Assembly (NCBI GenBank): GCA_002269645.1
Contig: NIVC01000713.1
Span: forward strand, 434,001 to 498,000
DNA: 64,000 nucleotides
Direction: 5' to 3'
DNA from: Macrostomum lignano
Lineage: Eukaryota
The notes beneath the pieces are model-generated. The model searched no databases. It was not told the origin of the DNA and worked only from the letters and a program-made list of their open reading frames with translations. A program made the position numbers and the translations under genes. Below, in pieces: positions 11,995 through 23,514 of the stretch. Numbering within the stretch: position 1 is the stretch's first letter; each line of letters starts with the position of its first letter.

Positions 11995-14900
11995 AATCAC
12001 TCCACACTGCCACAGACAATCACTCCTCACTGCCACAGACAATCACTCCTCACTGCCACAGACAATCACTCCACACTGCCACAGACACTGCCACAGACAG
12101 TCACTCCACACTGCCACAGACAATCACTCCTCACTGCCACAGACAGTCACTCCTCACTGCCACAGACAATCACTCCTCACTGCCACAGACAATCACTCCA
12201 CACTGCCACAGACACTGCCACAGACAGTCACTCCACACTGCCACAGACAATCACTCCTCACTGCCACAGACAGTCACTCCTCACTGCCACAGACAATCAC
12301 TCCTCACTGCCACAGACAGTTACTCATCACTGCCATAGACAATCACTCCTCATTGTCACAGTCACTCCTCACTGCCACAGACAGTTACTCATCACTGCCA
12401 TAGACAATCACTCCTCATTGTCACAGTCACTCCTCACTGCCACAGACAGTCACTCCTCACTGCCACAGACAGTCACTCCTCACTGCCACAGACAATCACT
12501 CCACACTGCCACAGACACTGCCACAGACAGTCACTCCACACTGCCACAGACAATCACTCCACACTGCCACAGACACTGCCACAGACAGTCACTCCACACT
12601 GCAACAGACAATCACTCCTCACTGCCACAGATAGTCACTCCTCACTGCCACAGACAATCACTCCTCACTGCCACAGACAGTCACTCCTCACTGCCACAGA
12701 CAATCACTCCTCACTGCCACAGACAGTCACTCCACACTGCCACAGACACTGCCACAGACAGTCACTCCACACTGCCACAGACAATCACTCCACACTGCCA
12801 CAGACACTGCCACAGACAGTCACTCCACACTGCCACAGACAATCACTCCTCACTGCCACAGACAGTCACTCCTCACTGCCACAGACAATCACTCCTCACT
12901 GCCACAGACAGTCACTCCTCACTGCCACAGACAATCACTCCTCACTGCCACAGACAGTTACTCATCACTGCCATAGACAATCACTCCTCATTGTCACAGT
13001 CACTCCTCACTGCCACAGACAGTCACTCCTCACTGCCACAGACAATCACTCCTCACTGCCACAGACACTGCCACAGACAGTCACTCCACACTGCCACAGA
13101 CAATCACTCCACACTGCCACAGACACTGCCACAGACAGTCACTCCACACTGCCACAGACAATCACTCCTCACTGCCACAGACAGTCACTCCTCACTGCCA
13201 CAGACAATCACTCCTCACTGCCACAGACAGTTACTCATCACTGCCATAGACAATCACTCCTCATTGTCACAGTCACTCCTCACTGCCACAGACAGTCACT
13301 CCTCACTGCCACAGACAGTCACTCCTCACTGCCACAGACAATCACTCCACACTGCCACAGACACTGCCACAGACAGTCACTCCACACTGCCACAGACAAT
13401 CACTCCTCACTGCCACAGACAGTCACTCCTCACTGCCACAGACAATCACTCCTCACTGCCACAGACAGTCACTCCTCACTGCCACAGACAATCACTCCTC
13501 ACTGCCACAGACAGTCACTCCACACTGCCACAGACACTGCCACAGACAGTCACTCCACACTGCCACAGACAATCACTCCACACTGCCACAGACACTGCCA
13601 CAGACAGTCACTCCACACTGCCACAGACAATCACTCCTCACTGCCACAGACAGTCACTCCTCACTGCCACAGACAATCACTCCTCACTGCCACAGACAGT
13701 CACTCCTCACTGCCACAGACAATCACTCCTCACTGCCACAGACAGTTACTCATCACTGCCATAGACAATCACTCCTCATTGTCACAGTCACTCCTCACTG
13801 CCACAGACAGTCACTCCTCACTGCCACAGACACTCACTCCTCACTGCCACAGACAGTCACTCCTCACTGCCACAGACAGTCACTCCTCACTGCCACAGAC
13901 AATCACTCCACACTGCCACAGACACTGCCACAGACAGTCACTCCACACTGCCACAGACAATCACTCCTCACTGCCACAGACAGTCACTCCTCACTGCCAC
14001 AGACAATCACTCCTCACTGCCACAGACAGTCACTCCTCACTGCCACAGACAATCACTCCTCACTGCCACAGACAGTTACTCATCACTGCCATAGACAATC
14101 ACTCCTCATTGTCACAGTCACTCCTCACTGCCACAGACAGTCACTCCTCACTGCCACAACAGTCACTCCTCACTGCCACAGACAATCACTCCACACTGCC
14201 ACAGACACTGCCACAGACAGTCACTCCACACTGCCACAGACAATCACTCCACACTGCCACAGACACTGCCACAGACAGTCACTCCACACTGCCACAGACA
14301 ATCACTCCTCACTGCCACAGACAGTCACTCCTCACTGCCACAGACAATCACTCCTCACTGCCACAGACAGTCACTCCTCACTGCCACAGACAATCACTCC
14401 TCACTGCCACAGACAGTTACTCATCACTGCCATAGACAATCACTCCTCATTGTCACAGTCACTCCTCACTGCCACAGACAGTCACTCCTCACTGCCACAA
14501 CAGTCACTCCTCACTGCCACAGACAGTCACTCCTCACTGCCACAGACAGTCACTCCTCACTGCCACAGACAGTCACTCCTCACTGCCACAGACAATCACT
14601 CCACACTGCCACAGACACTGCCACAGACAGTCACTCCACACTGCCACAGACAATCACTCCACACTGCCACAGACACTGCCACAGACAGTCACTCCACACT
14701 GCCACAGACAATCACTCCTCACTGCCACAGACAGTCACTCCTCACTGCCACAGACAATCACTCCTCACTGCCACAGACAGTTACTCATCACTGCCATAGA
14801 CAATCACTCCTCACTGCCACAGACAGTTACTCATCACTGCCATAGACAATCACTCCTCATTGTCACAGTCACTCCTCACTGCCACAGACAGTCACTCCTC

Positions 14901-15620
14901 ACTGCCACAGACAGTCACTCCTCACTGCCACAGACAATCACTCCACACTGCCACAGACACTGCCACAGACAGTCACTCCACACTGCCACAGACAATCACT
15001 CCACACTGCCACAGACACTGCCACAGACAGTCACTCCACACTGCCACAGACAATCACTCCTCACTGCCACAGATAGTCACTCCTCACTGCCACAGACAAT
15101 CACTCCTCACTGCCACAGACAGTCACTCCTCACTGCCACAGACAATCACTCCTCACTGCCACAGACAGTTACTCATCACTGCCATAGACAATCACTCCTC
15201 ATTGTCACAGTCACTCCTCACTGCCACAGACAGTCACTCCTCACTGCCACAGACAGTCACTCCTCACTGCCACAGACAGTCACTCCTCACTGCCACAGAC
15301 AATCACTTCACACTGCCACAGACACTGCCACAGACAGTCACTCCACACTGCCACAGACAATCACTCCACACTGCCACAGACACTGCCACAGACAGTCACT
15401 CCTCACTGCCACAGACAGTCACTCTTCATCGACACAGACAGTCACTCCACACTGCCACAGACAATCACTCCACACTGCCACAGACAATCACTCCTCACTG
15501 CCACAGACAATCACTCCACACTGCCACAGACACTGCCACAGACAATTACTCCACACTGCCACAGACAATCCTCCACACTACCACAGAGACAATATCACTC
15601 CACACTGCCACAGACAATGA
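11995..15620. repeat. 23-bp minisatellite (CCACAGACA[A/G]TCACTCC[T/A]CACTG) with 12-bp short units, ~3.6 kb
   Basis: Direct reading; the ORFs at 11944-15798 are repeat translations. Confidence 0.95.
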
Positions 15621-16105
15621 CTCGAAGTTATATTCCGAAAGTATAAACTCGAAATTCAGTTTTTGCTCTCCAATTCAATGCTTTGATGACAGCTGCGCCC
15701 AAGGTTTTGTTTATTTCAAAAAGTCGCTTTTCCATCCCATTTTGCTAAGGAATTCGGAGAAAGATGTTGACAACTATGAGAAAATAGAAATCAGCTGAAA
15801 TGCTACTGCAAACTACCAGATTGTTTTCGAGCATCAGGGGCTATCCATGCATTTTTTATGTTGTTCAGAAAGTAGCATGATAAAAAACCACGGCGTAGAA
15901 AAGGAGATTGATTTGTTGCAAAATCTAAGTTTATCGTTGGAAACAAAAAAGTGAGTATTTTACACTAACAAGCTAACAAACTGTAAAGAAGATTAAAATA
16001 TGATAAGCATTGTATTAAGTTTCGGTAAAGAATGTTTAAGTTTATAATGTTTTTTCATCCGTTGAAGCTCTTCAAACTCGTCAAGGTCGTCATTGTTTGC
16101 TCCTT

Positions 16106-16724
16106 TTAGAAGCAGCGGAGAGTGGCGGCAATGACGAGAGGCAGAGCCAGGCTCAGAGGCGCAACGGAGCGCACAGCGGCAAAGGCGGAGTTACACTGGT
16201 CGGTGTTGCAGGTGTTGCAGTCGGTCCAGGCAGAGTTGCAGCCACCGCAGCTGCCACGGTAACTCTGCCATTGTCAGGGGGGGGGCGAGAATCAGGCTGT
16301 GCTGGCCGCAAAAAGTCTAACGCGGACTCTGCTTAACTTACAGTGAGAGTCAGGCTGTTCTTGAACATCGAACTCGAAGCAGGCGTAGTTGTTGTAGTTT
16401 GGTACTTGTAGCAGGTGGTAACGGCGCTGCCGCACTCCGTCGCTGTCGGAGTTCCTCCCGTGATGCCGGAGTATTGGTACGTCAGGAAGGTGATTGCGTG
16501 GCCCGCACCTGAGGATTGAGAAGTATTGGTTACATAACCACAGACCACCAGTTTGAAAATGGATGCGTACACTTCCTGACGATAATGAGAAAGTAATATG
16601 CCGCCTGTACACTGTTTTCAGGAGGTCAGCGGAGTAGGCGTGGAAGTTCCCAAATCAGCAACTTACCAAACAAGGCGACCACAATAAGAAAAGCCAGACA
16701 AATAGAGTTAGTTTTGTAAAGCAT
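16106..16724 (-). CDS. Ly6/uPAR (three-finger/LU-domain)-like protein, signal peptide plus GPI-anchor-like tail, 127 aa; exons 16724-16667, 16508-16342, 16264-16106
   Basis: GT-AG introns (both donors gtaagt), phases 1 and 0, join into MLYKTNSICLAFLIVVALFGAGHA-ITFLTYQ..TECGSAVTTCYKYQ..SYRGSCGGCNSAWTDCNTCNTDQCNSAFAAVRSVAPLSLALPLVIAATLRCF*; the C-x-T-D-x-C-N motif and hydrophobic C-terminus are typical of the family. Confidence 0.8.
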
Positions 16725-16820
16725 TTTTGTTTTCTGCTAAGGCTAATTCTGTAAGTTGGGCGGACTAAAAAGTTGCGATTGAGCTGCAAAAAATCCCAGA
16801 AACACAGATGCGGGGATGGC

Positions 16821-16826
16821 TTTATA
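16821..16826 (-). promoter_or_regulatory. Candidate TATA box (TATAAA) of the Ly6-like gene
   Basis: About 100 bp upstream of the ATG at 16724 on the coding strand. Confidence 0.35.
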
Positions 16827-17279
16827 GGCCAAGCTAAGTGGCCCGTTGCCATGGGAAACCTGGGAAGAGCTTCTTGGGGTGGCCTCTTAGGAAGGCCGAC
16901 AGCTTGGATACCCACGCTCTTAACCCGCTCAGTTGCTGAGATTCACAGCCGTCCCAGGTACCCGTTGCCACGAACGCCTGATTCAGCGCGTAGCAACTAC
17001 GACAAGCCCCCTTAGAACTCCATGGCTAAACCAAAAATGAGGGCTTTAACAAGTAGGAAAGTTGCTTCTCCGTAATCAGTAGGTCCTGCACGGGGTTTGA
17101 GGAGGGACAAAAAGAGAGCAGAAAAGTCTACACAATGCAGCGAGAGAATCGATGAGTCGGTAGAATGCTCCTCTGTACAGGATATCGATTTTGGTGTTGA
17201 AATACAGAAAGGAGCTGGAAAACTTGAGGCCATGGAAGTTTCTGATCCGTTAGCAAGTGATGGAGGGCTTGGCGAATCC

Positions 17280-18350
17280 AAGAATCTCCCCAGACTGACT
17301 CTGAGAATCTCCCCAGACTGACTCTGAGAATCTCCCCAGACTGACTCTGAGAATCTCCCCAGACTGACTCTGAGAATCTCCCCAGACTGACTCTGAGAAT
17401 CTCCCCAGACTGACTCTGAGAATCTCCCCAGACTGACTCTGAGAATCTCCCCAGACTGACTCTGAGAATCTCCCCAGACTGACTCTGAGAATCTCCCCAG
17501 ACTGACTCTGAGAATCTCCCCAGACTGACTCTGAGAATCTCCCCAGACTGACTCTGAGAATCTCCCCAGACTGACTCTGAGAATCTCCCCAGACTGCCAG
17601 AATCTCTCCGAACTGACTCTGAGAATCTCCCCAGACTGACTCTGAGAATCTCCCCAGACTGCCAGAATCTCTCCGAACTGACTCTGAGAATCTCCCCAGA
17701 CTGACTCTGAGAATCTCTCCAGACTGACTCTGAGAATCTCCCCAGACTGACTCTGAGAATCTCCCTAAACTGACTTTGAGAATCTCTCCAGACTGACTCT
17801 GAGAATCTCTCCAAGCTGACTCTGAGAATCTTTCCAGACTGACTCTGAGAATCTCTCCAGACTGACTCTGAGAATCTCTCCAGACTGACTCTGAGAATCT
17901 CCCCAGACTGACTCCGAGAATCTCCCCAGACTGACTCTGAGAATCTCCCCAGACTGACTCTGAGAATCTCCCCAGACTGACTCTGAGAATCTCCCCAGAC
18001 TGACTCTGAGAATCTCCCCAGACTGACTCTGAGAATCTCCCTAAACTGACTTTGAGAATCTCTCCAGACTGACTCTGAGAATCTCTCCAAGCTGACTCTG
18101 AGAATCTCTCCAGACTGACTCTGAGAATCTCTCCAAGCTGACTCTGAGAATCTTTCCAGACTGACTCTGAGAATCTCCCCAGACTGACTCTGAGAATCTC
18201 TCCAGACTGACTCTGAGAATCTCTCCAAGCTGACTCTAAGAATATCCCCAAATTGACTCTAAGAATATCCCCAAACTGACTCTAAGAATATCCTCAAACT
18301 GACTCTAAGAATATATCCAAACTGACCCTAAGAATATCCCCAAACTGACT
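17280..18350. repeat. 23-bp minisatellite (GAGAATCTCCCCAGACTGACTCT)
   Basis: Direct reading, period 23; degenerates toward the right end. Confidence 0.95.
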
Positions 18351-18689
18351 CGCCCCGTAAAATGACCGTGACAATGAGTATTCCGAGCAGGATTACAAAT
18401 GGACACAAAAGCGTGTATTTTACTTCCTTAGCTACTTAGTTAGTAGTATGAAAGGACAAAAGGAAGAAAAGCATCGCGAGAAAGATACGAAAACTTTGAT
18501 TTTTCAGGCTTTTGTCAGGTTCAGTTCAGTTCAGTACGAGCGTGCTTGATGAGAAATGTATTTACTGAAACAGCCCCACAGTAGTATCTTTCTTATAAGG
18601 AAGGCTATCTTCTTTTAAGGACAACTTAAATGCAAATGTAGATTGACGCTATATACTTGGCTTTCTTAAAAATCGCGTGTAGTGTTCCA

Positions 18690-19555
18690 CCTATAGACCT
18701 TTCTCTCGGGTAGTTTACCTATAAGACCTTTCCCTCAGGACCTTTCCTTCAGGTAGTTTACCTATAAGACCTTTCCCTCAGGACCTTTCCCTCGGGTAGT
18801 TTACCTATAAGAACTTTCCCTTCAGGACCTTTCCCTCGGGTAGTTTACCTATAAGACCTTTTCCTTCAGGACCTTTCCCTCGGGTAGTTTACCTATAAGA
18901 CCTTTTCCTTCAGGACCTTTCCCTCGGGTAGTTTACCTATAAGACCTTTTCCTTCAGGACCTTTCCCTCGGGTAGTTTACCTATAAGACCTTTCCCTTCA
19001 GGACCTTTTTCTCAGGTAGTTTACCTATAAGACCTTTCCCTTCAGGACCTTTTTCTCAGGTAGTTTACCTATAAGACCTTTCCCTTCAGGACCTTTTTCT
19101 CAGGTAGTTTACCTATAAGACCTTTTCCTTCAGTACCTTTCCTTCGGGTAGTTTACCTATAAGACCTTTTCCGTCAGTACCTTTCCTTCAGGTAGTTTAC
19201 CTATAAGACCTTTTCCTTCAGTACCTTTCCTTCAGGTAGTTTACCTATAAGACCTTTTCCTTCAGTACCTTTCCTTCAGGTAGTTTACCTATAAGACCTT
19301 TTCCTTCAGTACCTTTCCTTCAGGTAGTTTACCTATAAGACCTTTTCCTTCAGTACCTTTCCTTCAGGTAGTTTACCTATAAGACCTTTTCCTTCAGTAC
19401 CTTTCCTTCAGGTAGTTTACCTATAAGACCTTTTCCTTCAGTACCTTTCCTTCAGGTAGTTTACCTATAAGACCTTTTCCTTCAGTACCTTTCCTTCAGG
19501 TAGTTTACCTATAAGACCTTTTCCTTCAGTACCTTTCCTTCAGGTAGTTTACCTC
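18690..19555. repeat. 44-bp minisatellite (CCTATAAGACCTTTTCCTTCAGTACCTTTCCTTCAGGTAGTTTA)
   Basis: Direct reading, period 44 (19201 to 19245). Confidence 0.95.
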
Positions 19556-20025
19556 AAGGACTACTTAAGGCATTCACTTCATGTCATTCTGCCACAAAAT
19601 CATGAAACACCAAACGTATTGTATTACTCAGTTTGCACTCAAGAAACTCATTCCAGCTCAATAAGTAGTTATAAACACCAGAAAAGTAATTTGAATGGTA
19701 AAAACTAATGTTTTTCTGTCAAATTACCCTCGATTATTCAATTATGTCATGTGGAGTCGCTATCATATGACAGAATCGCTATAAGCATGGTATCGTGAAA
19801 TTTGGCCTTCAAAAAATTATCCACGATTCCGGAATGTTACGTCCTGTTTAACGAAGTGACTTCAGTGGTCCTTGGTTTACCTATAAGACAGTTGCCTCAA
19901 AACCTCAAAACTTTTATAAATAATTTAAAGCAACGCGTATTTGCCTTAAATAATTGATTCAACATTTCAGCAGGTTTTTTCATTGTCGCCATCATAAGCG
20001 AAGTTTTCAATCGTCATTTAACAAT

Positions 20026-22155
20026 CTATTTAAGTATAATTCTCATCTGGTCGGCAAACTCCACAGACTCGTCGTAGACCTTGTTCTCCTTGGCGTAGTA
20101 CAGAATGGGAAAATCTCCTTTGGCTCGCTTGGCCCAACTGCACGGCTGGTCATCTCTCTCAATGACCCCCATCAGGCCGCTGTCACTGCTGCAGCCCTGG
20201 TGCCTGTTGTGTATGTAGAAACTGCGATGCAGTTCTGCCGTTCTGTTTCGGTAACCTTCGATGCTAAAGTCGACAAATGGGCCTCGTTTGTCAATTGTGA
20301 ATGGAGTCGAATCAATCAGACGCTCAATCGAGAACCAATTGGAAGTGTTGAGTTTGACTCTGTCTGTCACATCGAAGCTTGCGGACGCCATTACCGTCTG
20401 GCGGAGCAGCATTTGCACCACGATTCGCTGCGCGTCAAATTCTTTTAGATAGGTTTTGAAGAATCTGTCGTCTAAGATTGACGATCGATACACCAGGTAA
20501 TAATTGGGGTTCACGTTTCTGAATCCGTGATAGGTTTGCTTGCCAGTGAGAAACTCATCCAGGGCTGAGTGGCCCGAGCCTGCTCGAATCGAGAACAGCA
20601 CCTCTGAAAAACATATTTGGTTCGGAACCCAGGACTGATCTCAAAAACTTTTAATTCTCTCTGCTGCCATCTCTATTCATCTTTCTTGCCATCTCTAATC
20701 ACCTCTCCTGCCATCTCTAATCACCTCTCCTGCCATCTCTATTCACTTCTCCTGCCATCTCTATTCACATCTCCTGCCATCTCTATTCACCTCTCCTGAC
20801 ATCTCTATTCACATCTCCTGCCATCTCTAATCACCTCTCCTGCCATCTCTAATCACCTCTCCTGCCATCTCTAATCACCTCTCCTGCCATCTCTATTCAC
20901 TTCTCCTGCCATCTCTAATCACCTCTCCAGCCATCTCTATTCACCTCTCCTGCCATCTCTAATCACCTCTCCAGCCATCTCTAATCACCTCTCCTGCCAT
21001 CTCTATTCACCTCTCCAGCCATCTCTATTCACCTCTCCAGCCATCTCTAATCACCTCTCCTGCCATCTCTATTCACCTCTCCAGCCATCTCTATTCACCT
21101 CTCCTGCCATCTCTAATCACCTCTCCTGCCATCTCTAATCACCTCACCTGTCATCTCTATTCACATCTCCTGCCATCTCTATTCACCTCTTCTGCCATCT
21201 CTAATCACCTCACCTGTCATCTCTAATCACCTCTCCTGCCATCTCTAATCACCTCTCCTGCCATCTCTAATCACCTCACCTGTCATCTCTATTCACATCT
21301 CCTGCCATCTCTATTCACCTCTCCTGCCATCTCTAATCACCTCTCCTGCCATCTCTAATCACCTCTCCAGCCATCTCTATTCACCTCTCCAGCCATCTCT
21401 AATCACCTCTCCTGCCATCTCTAATCACCTCTCCTGCCATCTCTAATCACCTCTCCAGCCATCTCTATTCACCTCTTCTGCCATCTCTAATCACCTCTCC
21501 TGCCATCTCTAATCACCTCACCTGTCATCTCTATTCACATCTCCTGCCATCTCTATTCACCTCTTCTGCCATCTCTAATCACCTCTCCTGCCATCTCTAA
21601 TCACCTCTCCAGCCATCTCTATTCACCTCTTCTGCCATCTCTAATCACCTCTCCTGCCATCTCTAATCACCTCACCTGTCATCTCTATTCACCTCTTCTG
21701 CCATCTCTATTCACCTCTCCTGCCATCTCTATTCACCTCTCCTGCCATCTCTAATCACCTCTCCTGCCATCTCTAATCACCTCTCCAGCCATCTCTATTC
21801 ACCTCTCCAGCCATCTCTAATCACCTCTCCTGCCATCTCTAATCACCTCACCTGCCATCTCTATTCACCTCTCCTGCCATCTCTAATCACCCCTCCTGAC
21901 ATCTCCAATCACCCCTTCTGACATCTCCAATCACCTCTCCAGCCATCTTTATTCACATCTCCTGCCATCTCTAATCACCTCTCCTGTCATCTCTAATTAC
22001 TTCTCCAGCCATCTGCATTCAGCTCTCATGAAAGGTGAGCAAAGGCAAATAAATAAATAAAAGGAATTCCAACAAGGCTCACTTTCCGACCCAAACTCGT
22101 TGAATGCAAAGCAAGCTGAGAACAGAAAAAACAGCAGCAGCCAAGCGCTCGTCAT
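20026..22155 (-). CDS. Secreted protein of unknown family, paralog A, 216 aa; exons 22155-22083 and 20603-20026
   Basis: Signal-peptide-like exon MTSAWLLLFFLFSACFAFNEFGSE, donor gtgagc, acceptor ttttcag, phase 1; second exon open to its stop; homologous to the ORF at 22938-23505 (SNWF, F-IEG, RSFYIH..C..D.GL.GV.E..CSW, YYAK, ADQ). Confidence 0.8.
20660..22020. repeat. 22-bp minisatellite (CCATCTCTAATCACCTCTCCTG) filling the intron of paralog A
   Basis: Direct reading. Confidence 0.95.
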
Positions 22156-22550
22156 GCTTCTCTGGTTGAGCAAATTTGTAAAACTGAGTTCAAAGTTAGA
22201 ACTGTTTTGCTATTTGGTATTTCTGCTCTGGGTTGAAGTGAAATTTTCAATAGAAATAGTTGAAAATTGTTTCTATTTAAACAACATATCGAAAAATGTA
22301 AAAAATGTATGGATCGCATTTTTGATTGGTAAAATTGAGCTTGGGTAATTTTTTACGTTTTGTAAAAACGAATGTCTGTTGAAGAATAATATCGCTTAAA
22401 AAACTTTTGTAGCCCTTTATCTTTGAATTTAAATCTACTGCTGGATTTGGGTCATAGAGTTTTATGGCTATAAAAATATGAAAGGGTGAGGCAAGTAATG
22501 ACAAGATATTAACAGGATTAATAATCTTTGATTGTATCGAGAACAGAAAA
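22156..22550. promoter_or_regulatory. Short AT-rich intergenic spacer, probable bidirectional promoter
   Basis: 395 bp between divergent ATGs (22155 minus, 22551 plus); TATAAAA at 22469-22475 on the plus strand. Confidence 0.5.
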
Positions 22551-23505
22551 ATGAGTCTATTGATTGTACTTTTGTTGAGCTGCACCCATGGTGTAATGGC
22601 GAATTTTGGACAATTTTGGCCAGGTGAGTTAGTGGCAGTGTCAGTTAGTGACAGTGTCAGTTAGTGGCAGTGTCAGTTAGTGGCAGTGTCAGTTAGTGGC
22701 AGTGTCAGTTAGTGGCAGTGTCAGTTAGTGGCAGTGTCAGTTAGTGACAGTGTCAGTTAGTGGCAGTGTCAGTTAGTGCCAGTCAGTGCCAGTCAGTGCC
22801 AGTCAGTGCCAGTCAGTGCCAGTCAGTGCCAGTCAGTGCCAGTCAGTGCCAGTCAGTGCCAGTCAGTGCCAGTCAGTGCCAGTCAGTGCCAGTCAGTGCC
22901 AGTCAGTGCCAGTCAGTGCCAGTCGTTGCCTTTCCAGACCAGCCGAGATTCGTGCTGCTGTCGGTCAGGAAGAGCGCCAGCACCCAGTTGCCAGGCGAAC
23001 TGTATCTCCGCGGCCGAAGCACGGGCCACTGGGATCTGAGCTACAAAGACCTGCCAGGGGAATTCAGATCCCCCATGCTAGACAGAATCAATTCGTACGT
23101 GCAAAAGTTTCAAATTAGTAAATTTGTGGTCAAATGCGATCCGACGGCAGGCGTGTGGCTGCGGCGGAGTTTCGAGTGCCAGACAATTTGATCACCATAA
23201 GCAACTGGTTTGCGTCAGAATGGCTGCTGTCAACTTATCCGTTCGAGATGCGTGATATGAATATTTCAAATTTTGGAATCGAAGGCCTTAAGACAACAAG
23301 TCGTACTAGAAGTTTCTACATTCATGGTCCGCACGGCTTGTGCGTGAATGACTACGGCCTCTTGGGTGTCGCGGAGTCCCCGTTGGACAAGTGCAGTTGG
23401 GTGCGCCGCGGCTTTCCATCTCCAGTGTTTTATTACGCAAAATGGAACGGCACTTTCCAGAGTTCGGTTGGCTACGCTGACCAGCTTCTTGTTTACATGG
23501 AGTAG
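22551..23505 (+). CDS. Secreted protein of unknown family, paralog B (~213 aa if restored); exons 22551-22623 and 22938-23505; apparent 1-nt deletion at 23132-23134
   Basis: MSLLIVLLLSCTHGVMANFGQFWP, donor gtgagt, acceptor tttccag, phase 1. Alignment to paralog A continues only if gtc aaa tgc reads gtc aaa atg cga (FVVK-MRSDG). Could be a pseudogene or an assembly error. Confidence 0.7.
22627..22924. repeat. Compound array: 16-bp unit (AGTTAGTGGCAGTGTC) switching to a 10-bp unit (AGTCAGTGCC); occupies almost the whole intron of paralog B
   Basis: Direct reading. Confidence 0.9.
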
Positions 23506-23514
23506 CAAATATGA

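Noticed and set aside
11944-15798. 606-aa and neighbouring T/H/S-rich ORFs
   Set aside because: Translations of a 23-bp unit that cycles through all frames; not selected coding sequence.
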